Assembly: GCA_963755715.1 (NCBI GenBank)
Contig: CAVWLW010000050.1
Location: 64,001-128,000, forward strand
Reading direction: 5' to 3'
DNA: 64,000 nucleotides
Source: an uncultured delta proteobacterium
GTDB lineage: Bacteria > Desulfobacterota > Binatia > UBA9968
Every line of letters starts with the position of its first letter. The stretch's first letter is position 1. A program made the translations under genes and the position numbers. Shown piece after piece: positions 34,443 to 44,650 of the stretch. Under the pieces are notes generated by a model. It was not told the DNA's origin and searched no databases. It saw nothing but the letters and a program-made list of their open reading frames with translations.

Positions 34443-35267
34443 TCAATTCGCTTCCTCGATTCGTTTGAGTCTGCGGCTCACCGTCGCGTAGTGGACATCC
34501 AAGTGCGAGGCGATCTCGTTGAGCCGATATCCATGCGCGTACGCCTCGGCGATCGCCTTTTCGCCACTCTTTGCAAATATCCGCTGCAGCGAGGGCGTAG
34601 CCGCTCTCAATTGCGCGCGCGGTATCTCCTTAACGTCCTTTTTACCAGAAGCGTGTTTCTCGATGAACGCTTCACTTCCCAAGTAGATCTGACCCTTGAG
34701 ATCGTCCCACGGCCGACTCGCCATTCCGTCCCTGACGAACTCCCGATATCGCTGCTGTGCTCTTGATCGGCTCTTGCCAAATTGCTCCAGAATCCAGTCG
34801 GTGTGCAGAAACTCCGGCACGGATGCGAGTCCCGCGGTGGCCCGGTAACTGCTCCATTTCCAAGTGGATGCTTTGGCGCTGCTCTTGACCCGCGCGGGAT
34901 TGAGCACGATGTACCGACATAGTTCCAACAGATGCGAATCCCTTTCTACCAGGATCGCCTTGAATCGCCCCTGAAACAGATGTCCAACCCGGTTGTGCCG
35001 GCGGTTAAAACTTTGCGTGTAAATGCCGTTGAGCTGGCGCATGCCGATCGAAAGGTTCGCCTTGGGCGTCTCCACCAGCAAGTGATAATGATTGGCCATC
35101 AAGCAGTAGGCGCGGCAGATCCAGTGGTAGCGAGTCACCACCCCGGTCAGTGTGCTCAGAAACAACTCGCGGTCGGCGTCAGTAAAAAACACTTTCTGCC
35201 GCGCGTTGCCGCGGCCCGTCAGATGATAGATCGCACCGGGAAACTCTAATCGCAGAGGGCGCGCCAT
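34443..35267 (-). CDS. REP-associated tyrosine transposase (RAYT, IS200-like Y1 HUH) with C-terminal HTH, intact
   Basis: MARPLR...YHLTGRGN, YCLMANHYHLL (HUH), GHLFQGRF, RYIVLNP (catalytic Tyr), WKWSSY; terminal motif TTGCAAGACCTGACCCC upstream at 35301-35317. Confidence 0.92.
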   Translation of the reverse strand: MARPLRLEFPGAIYHLTGRGNARQKVFFTDADRELFLSTLTGVVTRYHWICRAYCLMANHYHLLVETPKANLSIGMRQLNGIYTQSFNRRHNRVGHLFQGRFKAILVERDSHLLELCRYIVLNPARVKSSAKASTWKWSSYRATAGLASVPEFLHTDWILEQFGKSRSRAQQRYREFVRDGMASRPWDDLKGQIYLGSEAFIEKHASGKKDVKEIPRAQLRAATPSLQRIFAKSGEKAIAEAYAHGYRLNEIASHLDVHYATVSRRLKRIEEAN

Positions 35268-35516
35268 AGCACCGACCTTCTTATCGAACGAAATGTGTTA
35301 TTGCAAGACCTGACCCCAAAACCATGCACTCCGCGCTGGTCGCGCCTGCTTATCGGCTTCAGCGCGCTTTACGCCGGCGCCATGATCGCGCTATGTTCTA
35401 ACGATGATTTTTAAGCCCGAGATGCGCTGGTTCGGCGGCACGATTCCGATTTTCTTTCACTTCGTGCTGGCCGGTTTTATCTTGGTGCTTGGACGCTACC
35501 ACTCTCAAGCCAGCAA

Positions 35517-37313
35517 ATGAAAGCTATCATCTTAATCATCGGCTTAATCATCGGCGCTTGCTTGACCTGGCTTGTGTGTGCGCCATCCCGGCTAGGCTCA
35601 TGGTGGCTCGCGAAACAAATCGGCGCGCGGCCCGCCGAATATTCGGTTCGCATCGAACGCGGGGTTACCATGACTTCGTACGACGGAACCCTGTTAGTCG
35701 CGGATGTTTATCAACCGTCTGACGCGAGTCCGCACCCGACTATTCTGGTCCGCATTCCGTATACAAAGAATTTCTATAATACGATGATCGCGACCGTTGT
35801 CGGAAGATATTGGGCCGAGCGGGGATACCACGTCGTCATCCAGGGCACGCGCGGACGCTACGAATCCGACGGAACATACGATCCCTTCAAACACGAGCGA
35901 CGAGACGGCATCGAAACCCTGCGCTGGATCGCCAAGCAGCCTTGGTTCAACGGGCGATTGGGCATGTGGGGAGGTTCCTACTTCGGCTATACTCAGTGGG
36001 TGTTGGCGGATCAGTCTGCGCCTGGGGCCTCGGCGTTTAATATTCAGATTGCGAGCAGCGAATTTTACCGTATGTTTTATCCAGGCGGCGCACTCTCACT
36101 CGAAAGCGCTTTGAATTGGGCTGTCAGCAGCCACGGCAAAGAAGACATCGAGCCCGACCAAGAAACCCTGGATCGCGGATTTAACGGCCTGCCACTGATC
36201 CAAGCGGACGACCGCGCCATAACCGATATCCCGTTCTTCAACGACTGGGTGAATCACCCAACGAGAGACGAATATTGGCACGCCGTCGACGGCGATGAGC
36301 GGGTGAAAAATCTCACTGCGCCGGCGCTTTTGATGGCCGGATGGTACGATCCTTTCTTACCGGCGCAACTCGATGATTTCGTGCGTATACGGCGCGATAC
36401 CCGTCCGGAGGTAGCGGCGGCATCACGCTTGGTCGTCGGACCTTGGGCGCACGCGCGCACCGTCATCCTGCCGGACGGCGCGGTTCAACCCAACTATCGC
36501 GTCGAGAGTTTCACGCCAAGTGTGCCGTGGTTCGACCAACACTTGCGCGGCACTGGAGAGGCGTTGGCGGCGCCGGTCCGAATCTTTGTCATGGGCGCGA
36601 ATGTTTGGCGCGACGAACAAGAATGGCCGCTTGAGCGGACGCAGTTCGCGGATTTTTTTCTCGACAGCAGCGGCCGTGCAAATAGCGCCGGCGGCGACGG
36701 AAGACTATCGTTGAAAGCGCCAGCCGAAAACACACCGTCGGACACTTTTATTTACGATCCATTGCGCCCCGTGCCGTCTGCCGGCGGCGCCATGATCGGC
36801 CCGCGTGCCGGCATCGCTTTACAAAACAAGCTCGAAGCGAGGCCGGATGTGCTGGTTTACTCAACGCCGCCACTGGATAAAGACATCGAAGCAACCGGGC
36901 CGGTGAAGCTCATTCTGTTCGTTGCGACGACGGCGCCCAATACCGATTTTACTGCCAAATTAGTCGACATATTTCCGGACGGCTCGGCATATAACGTGTC
37001 CGATGGTATTCTTCGACGCGGGTATGAAGGCAATTCTCCTACGAAAATCACCGTAGACCTTTGGCCCACAAGTTTCGTTTTTCGCAAAGGACACCGTATC
37101 CGGCTCGAGGTGTCAAGCAGCAATTTTCCCCGATTCGATCGCAACCCGAATACCGGAAGAACCATCGCTACCGAAACGGAAACGATCGTCGCGCGCCAAA
37201 TGATTCATCATAGTTCGTCTATGCCATCGCGACTGGTTCTACCGGTGATTCCACATCGGGAGACCGCCACGGAAACACGAACAACATTGATTGAATCAGC
37301 CAATTTGCCGTGA
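35517..37313 (+). CDS. CocE/NonD family serine hydrolase
   Basis: TRGRYES, GMWGGSYFG, GWYD, GPWAH, SSNFPRFDRNPNTG; N-terminal hydrophobic anchor. Confidence 0.92.
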   Translation: MKAIILIIGLIIGACLTWLVCAPSRLGSWWLAKQIGARPAEYSVRIERGVTMTSYDGTLLVADVYQPSDASPHPTILVRIPYTKNFYNTMIATVVGRYWAERGYHVVIQGTRGRYESDGTYDPFKHERRDGIETLRWIAKQPWFNGRLGMWGGSYFGYTQWVLADQSAPGASAFNIQIASSEFYRMFYPGGALSLESALNWAVSSHGKEDIEPDQETLDRGFNGLPLIQADDRAITDIPFFNDWVNHPTRDEYWHAVDGDERVKNLTAPALLMAGWYDPFLPAQLDDFVRIRRDTRPEVAAASRLVVGPWAHARTVILPDGAVQPNYRVESFTPSVPWFDQHLRGTGEALAAPVRIFVMGANVWRDEQEWPLERTQFADFFLDSSGRANSAGGDGRLSLKAPAENTPSDTFIYDPLRPVPSAGGAMIGPRAGIALQNKLEARPDVLVYSTPPLDKDIEATGPVKLILFVATTAPNTDFTAKLVDIFPDGSAYNVSDGILRRGYEGNSPTKITVDLWPTSFVFRKGHRIRLEVSSSNFPRFDRNPNTGRTIATETETIVARQMIHHSSSMPSRLVLPVIPHRETATETRTTLIESANLP

Positions 37314-37392
37314 TAAGAAAACGCTCACCGCGGAGGCCTTCAAATCACGATGAATTTCCAAGGGGAGAAATTACGGTGTCTACCATCGGAAT

Positions 37393-37600
37393 TTAGCAGG
37401 TAGCAGGATCTAAGAGAATCCTGTAAAGAGATTCTTGACGAGGGTGTGGCTCTTGGGGTCAGTGGCCTGTTTATTCAGGCTCACCCAGTCTGAAATGCCG
37501 CCCTCGTCACCTGCATCATCCGAGGGTCGACCGGGATGGTGCCATATTCTCTCACCAGAATACGTGGCTCTGTAAGTAGACGAGACCGAAGGATGATGAA
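37393..37600 (+). ncRNA. putative IS110 bridge RNA (5' hairpin, target-binding loop, donor-binding loop)
   Basis: Hairpin GCAGGAT/ATCCTGT; stem TGACGAGGG(37436)/CCCTCGTCA(37501) enclosing TGGGGTC and AGTCTGA; stem CATCATCC(37514)/GGATGATG(37591) enclosing CGGGATG and GTAGA. Transcript ends are approximate. Confidence 0.8.
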
Positions 37601-37626
37601 ATCTCGATCTACGAAGGAGGAGCTAC

Positions 37627-38983
37627 GTGTCAGAAGAAAAATCATTAGAACTCAGAGTCAGTGTGGACGTGGGGTATCGTCGTCACAGTGTGGCGATGGG
37701 GTTATCGAGCGGCGAGGTGCTCGAAGAGTTCGAAATCGAGCACCGGCCCGAGGGATTTCAAGAGTTCTTTTCTCGCATCGAGAAGCACCGCAAGAAAGAG
37801 TACTGTGCAGTAGCGGTAGCCATGGAAGGTTACAACGGCTACGCGCGGCCACTGGACAGCATGGTCCGTCAACGGGGTTATCGGCTTTATAATCTCAACA
37901 ATCTAAAGTTTGCTCGCTTCAAAGAGATTTTCCCCGGAGCTGCCAAGAGCGACCGGATCGATGCGCGCAAGGGATTGGAGCTGTTTCAGCTAAGCGATCA
38001 TCTGCCGTTGGCCAAAGAAGTGCTGCAGGAAGTCAGTGGGACACCGCCCGAGAACGAAGTCCTCAAACGATTAACCCGGCGCCGGCGCAGATTAGTCAAC
38101 GAGCGGGTGCGGGTGGTGAACAATCTACAGGCCGATCTGCAAGCGGTGTGTCCAGGGTTATTAGAAATCACCGGTGAAGCAAGCAACCAGTGGTTTTTAA
38201 ATTTTCTTCTCAGTGTGGACACTCTGCCCCAGCTTGCCCGGCTCAGACGCAGCACGCTTTTGAAGATCCCCTCGGTGGGAGTGAAGAGCGCCGCTATCAT
38301 TGAGCGACTGGCAGAAGCGTGCTCACTTTAGCCAAGAGGTCGAGTGGGTCAGCGAGATGATCCAGGAAGATGCCAGGCGGTGTGTGGAGCTCGATGAGAA
38401 GATTAAGCGGTTAGAAACCAAGGTTGCCGAGGTTGCTAAGGACTCCAAGATCGCCAAGACTTTACGATCGATTCCGGGGTTTGGTGCCGTGTGCACTTCA
38501 GAATTGGCCGGCGAGATCGGCACCATCGAACGGTTTGCCTCTGAGGGAAGCCTTTCTTTGTATCTTGGCATGTCCACGTTGGACAACAGGTCGGGGAAAT
38601 ACCAGGGGACCAAGGCACCCAAGCACGTGAACACTCGGGCCAAAGCAGCGATGATGATCGCTTTGGATCGACATCGAAAATATGTCCCCGAGTCGCAGAG
38701 GTACTACGAAAAGAAACGAAGCGAGGGAAAGAAACACAACCAGGCGATTCGAGCTCTAGGTCGACACCTCGTCTCGGATCATTTACAAGATGCTCAAACA
38801 AGAACGGGAGTATGAGATTCGTCCTGAAAAGGGGAATACCAAGAGCCAAGGTCAGTCCGAGATCGTTCGATTAAAACGAAAATACGGAGGCCGAAAATCT
38901 CGAGCCAAGAAACAAAATAACAAAATCTACGAGCAGAGCGCGTACAGGCGTCATCACCGCTTGAAATTTCCAGCGGGATGTTC
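37627..38983 (+). CDS. IS110 family DEDD recombinase/transposase, two frameshifts
   Basis: SVDVG, AMEG, KSDRIDA (RuvC DEDD); SIPGFG...EIG.IERF...LG...RSG (Tnp domain Ser); pieces 37627-38331, 38300-38815, 38790 onward; AAGGAGG RBS. Confidence 0.92.
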
Positions 38984-38990
38984 AGACTTT

Positions 38991-39450
38991 CTATTCTTGA
39001 CAATCTGCCGCGAGTTGCACCGCCTGCTTCCTCAAAGGTTCGTTCTCGCTCATACGAACGGCAAACCGCGAGACTAAGGAACTAACCGTTGCAACGTCTC
39101 GACCCAGACACTTCGCAACATCTTTAAGCTTATAGCCCAGCCGCCGGATCAGTACATATCCGACCAGCGCCCGCGATTGCGAGACCTCCCAGCCTCGGCC
39201 TGCTCCTTCAAGCACCTGGGGCTCCACCTCAACCGCTCGCGCGGCACTGCGAAACACGACGCTCAACTGCTTCTTACGCCGGAAAATCTCTTCCTCGTTA
39301 ACTTTGCGCTTGAGCTTTTGGGCAAACTCCTCAGCTCCCGAAAACCGGTGGTCCTCAACCTGGTAATAATCCTCCCGATGCCCCCTCCGAGCGCTGCGCC
39401 GCCCAAGCCAGCAGAAGCAACATTGGGATTTTCATCAACCAGAAAGACGA
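38991..39450 (-). pseudogene. RAYT-type transposase C-terminal relic (HTH)
   Basis: SRALVGYVLIRRLGYKLKDVAKCLGRDVATVSSL; its stop codon abuts the IS110 insertion site. Confidence 0.7.
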
Positions 39451-39518
39451 TTGACATCCCACCAGTCCGGCGGTATTGCTCGGGCCAGAAAAAAAGGTGG
39501 TTTAAAATTCCTATACAG

Positions 39519-40154
39519 ATGGAAACCCAAACGGCAACTCAGTTGCAGACGCAAAGTGAAAATGCCATGGAGCGCTTCGTGCGTAAAACCCGTGTGCTCT
39601 TCGCTCAAGAACCGGACCTCGACAAGCGTTGGAATTCCCTGAGGCCGATACTCGCCGAGCTTCTGGCCGATCCTGACGTAATCGCGGCATCGACGCAATG
39701 GCCGGATTGCGTGCCGGCGAACGGGCGAGCAGAGAATCTGCTTTTTTACGAGGATCTGGATTACGGCTTTGCCATCAACGGATTGACCAAAGGCGACGCA
39801 AGGCAAGGCGGGCGCGCTCGCATCCACGACCACGCCCATATTTACACACTCTACGGCGTGCTCGACGGACATGAGAAAGTGGTCCGTTACGACCGGCTCG
39901 ACGATCGCTCGAAGCCTGACCACGCCGAAATCCGGGAGAGCTGCAACGTGCTCGTCGGCCCCGGAGAGATCGACCTCGTCAAGCCCTATGAGATTCACAC
40001 CGAGATCACCGTTGGTGAACGCACCGTTGCCGTGATTATTCGCAGCCAGAAAGGCGGCGAGTTCAATCAGGGACGCTATGTTTCGGAAGAGAATCGTTAC
40101 TATGAAAGCCTGGGACCGCGACAGACCCCTTGCGAGATGCTGCCAAAATATTAA
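39519..40154 (+). CDS. cupin-fold metal-dependent enzyme (cysteine dioxygenase-like)
   Basis: IHDHAH..TLYGVLDG.E...Y.R.DD...EIH. Confidence 0.75.
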   Translation: METQTATQLQTQSENAMERFVRKTRVLFAQEPDLDKRWNSLRPILAELLADPDVIAASTQWPDCVPANGRAENLLFYEDLDYGFAINGLTKGDARQGGRARIHDHAHIYTLYGVLDGHEKVVRYDRLDDRSKPDHAEIRESCNVLVGPGEIDLVKPYEIHTEITVGERTVAVIIRSQKGGEFNQGRYVSEENRYYESLGPRQTPCEMLPKY

Positions 40155-40204
40155 CCACGATTAAAATTGGGTAGCATGACAAGCATGCTCCTGCCCAAGA
40201 GGAG

Positions 40205-40828
40205 ATGACCATGGCACGACCCGAAAGAATTGGCCAATCGTTAGAATCGATCGAAGCATTGATCCACTACCTTGAGGAGGGCGAAAAACCGGCCAGCTAT
40301 GGTGGCGTGAGAAAATCAGTGGCGGCCCAGAAGAAAAAGGGCAAATATCAAGAGCACAAAATGACGATTTACAACGCCCGCGCCATCGCCGATCAATTGT
40401 CCCTGGAGCGCGAAGGTTTCATTCTCGTCAATCATGAAACCAAGATGACAAACTTCTACGACGAGAATGAAATTCGCAACCTGTACTACAAGGAAACCGA
40501 GGAACTGGTAAAACGGACCTCCGGCGCCAAACGCGTCGTGGTTTTCGATCACACCTTGCGCTCCGCCGACGAGGCGATGCGTGAAGAGAAACAGATCAGC
40601 GGGCCGGTGCGCCACGCTCATAACGACTACACCGATTGGTCCGGGCCGCAGCGCGTGCGCGACCTACTCCCCGACGAAGCAGAAGAGCTTCTCAAACGCC
40701 GCTTTGCCATCGTCCAAACCTGGCGGCCGATCAACAAGCCCGTGCAGCGGGAGCCGCTGGCGATTGCCGATGCGCGCAGCATCGGAACGAAGGAACTGGT
40801 CGCGCTCATGGCTTTCGACGGCAATTAA
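40205..40828 (+). pseudogene. CmcJ/NvfI (AsaB-like) family oxidoreductase, C-terminally truncated
   Basis: LSLEREGF, VFDHTLR, AHNDYT, QTWRPI, PLAIADARS; the C-terminal His-containing part is missing. Confidence 0.75.
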
Positions 40829-40846
40829 CCCCGGCGGAGGGTCGAA

Positions 40847-41857
40847 ATGGAAACGAAGAAAACAGTTCATATCACTTGGGAGGAAGCCCATCGGGCAGAG
40901 ACGGAGCGAGACAAGGCGAGACAGACATGCTGCCGATCCATACCGCCAAATCGGATGAAACTTACCACCGTTTACGTTTCTAGAGACCTCCGTAAACTAA
41001 AAGCTTCGGCGTTGCGTCTCTGGGACGTGACATTTAACCACAGGGTTGGGGCATCGGGCTATAAGGGAAAAACCCTTTTTAGTCCTGCAGCGGTCGAGAG
41101 AATCACAGAGTGGTCAAAAGGGTTTCCCCGGCTCGTCAACACAATTTGCGACAACGCGTTGCTCATTGCGCATTCAGCTTATAAACAAGCCGCTACTGCG
41201 AAAATGCTGAAACAAAAAGAGCTGGCTCAGGGTTTCCAACGCCGCGTGGAGACGTCGACGAAAACAAACGTGGCAGGGACAAATTCTCAAACGTTGGGGA
41301 ACCGACATAAAGCCGAGGCGGAGGAAGCCCAACGAACGCAATTCGGCGAGGATGAGCTTCGAGAGATTTATTTTAAGCGTGGCCCGACGAAATCGGCAGT
41401 CGCGATATTCCTGGGGATCATTTTACTGGCCGGTGTCGGGACGGTGTCCTATTCGCAACAGAGCAAAAACTATTTGTCCCATCTAGCTGTGAAGTGGGGA
41501 GCTATCGCTCAGCGAGCCGTACGCTATACTTCTGACGTAGAGGTGATGGTTGAAAACTCGAAGGCGCAACCCGTCGCGCCTCAACTCTCTTCAACAAATC
41601 AGGAACCTGTTCAACCTGACGGTCGAGAAAGCACAGCGAAAAAAGCGCGGGACTATTTGGGTAACTTTGAAGTCGTCGACGATTCCTTCGTTCGCGATAA
41701 CCCCCAACCGAATGCCGCCGTAATCGCGACTCTCCGGCCCGGCACGCAGGTCAGGGTAGAAAGCAAAACAGGAGAGTATTTCCGTATCCGCTCATTGCAC
41801 GACCCGGAGGTTATCGGTTATGTGCATGAACAAGACGCCTTCTTTCAAGCGCATTAA
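40847..41857 (+). pseudogene. ExeA/GspA-like C-terminal fragment with TM and SH3-like domain
   Basis: FS..AVERI...SKGFPRLVNTICDNALL with no Walker A; C-terminus VRDNP......IATLRPGT.V...GYVHE. Confidence 0.6.
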
Positions 41858-42050
41858 ATGAGGATACATTTCCGTCGAGTTGACGGTTAAAAGGGAGAAA
41901 TGTTTTTGTCGGTTAATTTTGCGCTTATTGAGATTGAATTGAATTCTCCGTCAATTCATTTCAGTGATACGAAATTGTCAAGATTGGCTAGATTAGCAAG
42001 TCTGATCAGGCTTACCTTTCAAAAAATGTCGTATTGCAAGACCTGATCCC

Positions 42051-42650
42051 GTGGGTTTGCTTGAAAGTGATTGACCATCCGAGCAATGGTCGCGTCGTCG
42101 AACATATCGCCGTTATAACTCAGCCAACCGCGCAGGCGGCTATTCTCCTCCACCATGTAGAGGTGCAGGTCGAAAATCGCTATTCCCGATCCAAAATCCA
42201 GTTCCTCCGTTCTTAGCCCGGCAAGCTCAAGGGGAACGAGCGGAGTGTTCTGCAGCGCGAATGTCACCTGAAAGAATGGATTGCGACTCAGATCCCGATC
42301 GGGCCGTAACTCCTCGACGATTTTCTCGAATGGCAAGTCTTGATGAGCATACGCTTCTAGACACACGTCGCGCACGCGTACCAGGAGTTGCCGAAACGTA
42401 GGATTTGCCGAGAGGTCCGTACGCAAGACCAACATATTCAGAAAAAACCCGACCAGCTCCTCGGTCTCCTTGTGATTCCGACCTGCCATCGGACTACCGA
42501 CGACAATGTCATTCTGACCGGTATATCGCCGCAGCAGTGTTTGATACGCCGCCAGCAATATCATGAAAAGCGTGCTCCCAGATTCCTGCCCGAGGCTCTT
42601 GAGTCCGGCTAGGAGTTTCCCCGACAACACAAAGGATTTCTGGGCGCCTA
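42051..42650 (-). pseudogene. isolated internal NRPS condensation-domain fragment
   Basis: TLFMILLAAY, VGSPMAGR, VGFFLNMLVLRTDL, HQDLPFE, RNPFFQV; no native start or stop. Confidence 0.85.
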
Positions 42651-42733
42651 TTCAACGAAAAAAGTAGACTGAGCTAGCCCGGGTTTGACGGACACCGAAA
42701 AAGGGGACAAGAAACCCCTGGAGGAGGTGTTCG

Positions 42734-43028
42734 ATGACGAAGCGCAAGAGATTTAGCCCAGAGTTCAAGCGAGAAGCGGTCCGATTGATAGAGACATCGC
42801 AGAAGTCTATCGGCAGATCTAGGCCGCGAACTCGGCGTCAGGCGCAATCAACTTTATAAGTGGAAAGAACAGCTGAGTCAGCGTGGGGCAGGAGCTTTTC
42901 CTGGATCTGGACGAGGATCGGGCAGCAACGATGAGGTGGCTCGACTACGCAAGGAGTTGGAGCAGGTCAAAGAGGAGCGCGACATCTTAAAAAAGGCAGC
43001 CGCGTACTTTGCCAAGGAGCTCAAGTGA
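42734..43028 (+). CDS. IS3 OrfA (HTH), frameshifted
   Basis: MTKRKRFSPEFKREAVRL...RELGV..NQLYKW...EERDILKKAAAYF; AAAAAAG slippery site at ~42988. Confidence 0.85.
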
Positions 43029-43888
43029 AGTACGCCTTTGTCCGAGCTCATTCTCCAGAGTTTCGAGTCAGCCGGATGTGCCAAGTGCTGAAGGTCAGTC
43101 GCAGCGGCTATTATGACTGGCAGGGCCGTAGTGAGTCCCCGCGCAGCCAACGGGATCAGGTTCTGCTCAAAGAGATTCGTCAGATCCACGAACAGACCAA
43201 AGAAGCTTACGGAGCGATTAAGACCTGGCAGGCGTTACGACAGGCAGGAGTTGACTGTGGCAAGCACCGAGTGGCTCGACTACGGAGGTTGGCTGCCATA
43301 GAAGCGCGGCGGAAAAGAAAGTTTCGACTGGCTTATCGGTCTCGTCATAGTGCTCCGCCGGCTCCCAATTTATTAAAGTGGCCGTTCCAGGCCGCTCACG
43401 CCGATCAGATCTGGGTGACCGATGTAACGTTCATCCCAACTCGTGAGGGTTGGCTCTATCTTGCTGTACTCATCGACTTATACACTCGTTTGATCGTTGG
43501 TTGGTCAATGAAAGACCGGCCCAATCAGGAACTGGTCAATGAAGCTTTGATGATGGCTGTGGAGCAGCGACGGCCCAAACCGGGACTTATTCACCACAGC
43601 GACCAGGGGATTTTGTATTCCAGCGGGAGCTACCTTGAACTGCTCAACCGTTACGCGATGGTGCGTAGCATGAGCGGCAAGGGCAACTGCTATGATAATG
43701 CGGTGGCTGAAAGCTTTTTCAGTTCGTTGAAAAACGAGATCGTTCATCATCGGGACTACCACACCCGGGATCAAGCGAGGAGCGAGATCTTTGAATACAT
43801 CGAGCTGTTTTATAATCGCAGGCGACTACACCAATCGCTGGCGTACCAAACACCGATGAGCTACGACTCGACCAACGTGGGTGCTTAA
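43025..43888 (+). CDS. IS3 OrfB DDE transposase
   Basis: WVTDVT, HHSDQG, CYDNAVAESFFSSLK.E, YN.RR.H. Confidence 0.95.
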   Translation: MKYAFVRAHSPEFRVSRMCQVLKVSRSGYYDWQGRSESPRSQRDQVLLKEIRQIHEQTKEAYGAIKTWQALRQAGVDCGKHRVARLRRLAAIEARRKRKFRLAYRSRHSAPPAPNLLKWPFQAAHADQIWVTDVTFIPTREGWLYLAVLIDLYTRLIVGWSMKDRPNQELVNEALMMAVEQRRPKPGLIHHSDQGILYSSGSYLELLNRYAMVRSMSGKGNCYDNAVAESFFSSLKNEIVHHRDYHTRDQARSEIFEYIELFYNRRRLHQSLAYQTPMSYDSTNVGA

Positions 43889-44052
43889 TTAACTGTCCGT
43901 GAAACCCGGGGCAGCTCAGCCTGACCCCTTTTCTCGTCCCTGACATATTGGCGTTGCTACGACAGCGCGAACTTCATCTGCAGCCAAGACAGTAACTTAT
44001 TTAGTCAGTCGTCGTTAGGTTGCCTATCGGCATCGTGTATTTTATCGATTCA

Positions 44053-44487
44053 CTAGCCCCGCCCTCGCACCGTTAAGACGGGAATCCGTGAATGTCTAAC
44101 GACCGACTCAGCGGTGCTCCCGAGAAAGGCCAGCGCGATGCCGGTTCGGCCATGAGAGCCCATAACGATCAAATCGGCCTTCCACTCATCGGAAGATGTG
44201 ACGATCTTTCGGCTTACGTTTCCTTCCACTAGATATTCCCAAGGTGGAGGATCGCCGCCGATTCGCCGTGCCGCGCATCGCAGAAGTCGCCGTGCTTGCT
44301 CACGGAATTCGTCGAGTACGTTTGAAGCGGGAAAGCCGCCTTCTGGTGCGTAGGCGATTCTCGGATCGAGCGCATGAAGCAACGCGATCTCCGCTCCGAC
44401 CGCTTTCGCGAGATCCCTCCCCACTTCCATTGCGTGAATCGAGATTGGGCTGTCGTCGAGGGCGATAAGAATACGCTGAAAACTCAT
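44053..44487 (-). CDS. universal stress protein
   Basis: ILIALDDS, ADLIVMGSHGRTG...LGSTAESVVRHS. Confidence 0.92.
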   Translation of the reverse strand: MSFQRILIALDDSPISIHAMEVGRDLAKAVGAEIALLHALDPRIAYAPEGGFPASNVLDEFREQARRLLRCAARRIGGDPPPWEYLVEGNVSRKIVTSSDEWKADLIVMGSHGRTGIALAFLGSTAESVVRHSRIPVLTVRGRG

Positions 44488-44550
44488 GGCTCCCTCCTTT
44501 TTACTTTGCGTTTATCGCAATCCTCGCTGTAGCCGTCTGAATTTAAATTG

Positions 44551-44566
44551 AGCAACGGCTATGCCA
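44551..44566 (-). promoter_or_regulatory. sigma-54 promoter of the USP gene
   Basis: Minus strand reads TGGCATAGCCGTTGCT, 64 bp upstream of the start. Confidence 0.7.
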
Positions 44567-44650
44567 GATCTTTCACTGCCCATTTGTCATCGTAAACCCG
44601 CTGCTTAGCGACAAGTATCGGAACCGAAATTGCTAGTGGTAATAGGCAAA

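Larger units (their letters stand above)
37381..38983 (+). mobile_element. IS110-family insertion sequence (TC core) inserted at GGTG-TC-AGAC
   Basis: The left end is defined by identity with the 20303 copy. Removing the element restores GGGAGAAATTACGGTGTCAGACTTTCTA, homologous to the empty site at 19185-19211. No terminal inverted repeats. Confidence 0.85.
42670..43918 (+). mobile_element. IS3 family insertion sequence, 1249 bp
   Basis: TG...CA ends; inverted repeats TGAGCTAGCCCGGGTTTGACGGACA and TGAGCTGCCCCGGGTTTCACGGACA (22/25); flanking GAC/GCC as an imperfect 3-bp target duplication. Confidence 0.9.

Noticed and set aside
34443-35267. IS200/IS605 element with TnpB
   Set aside because: No TnpB or IscB is adjacent, and the length and C-terminal HTH fit a RAYT-type protein.
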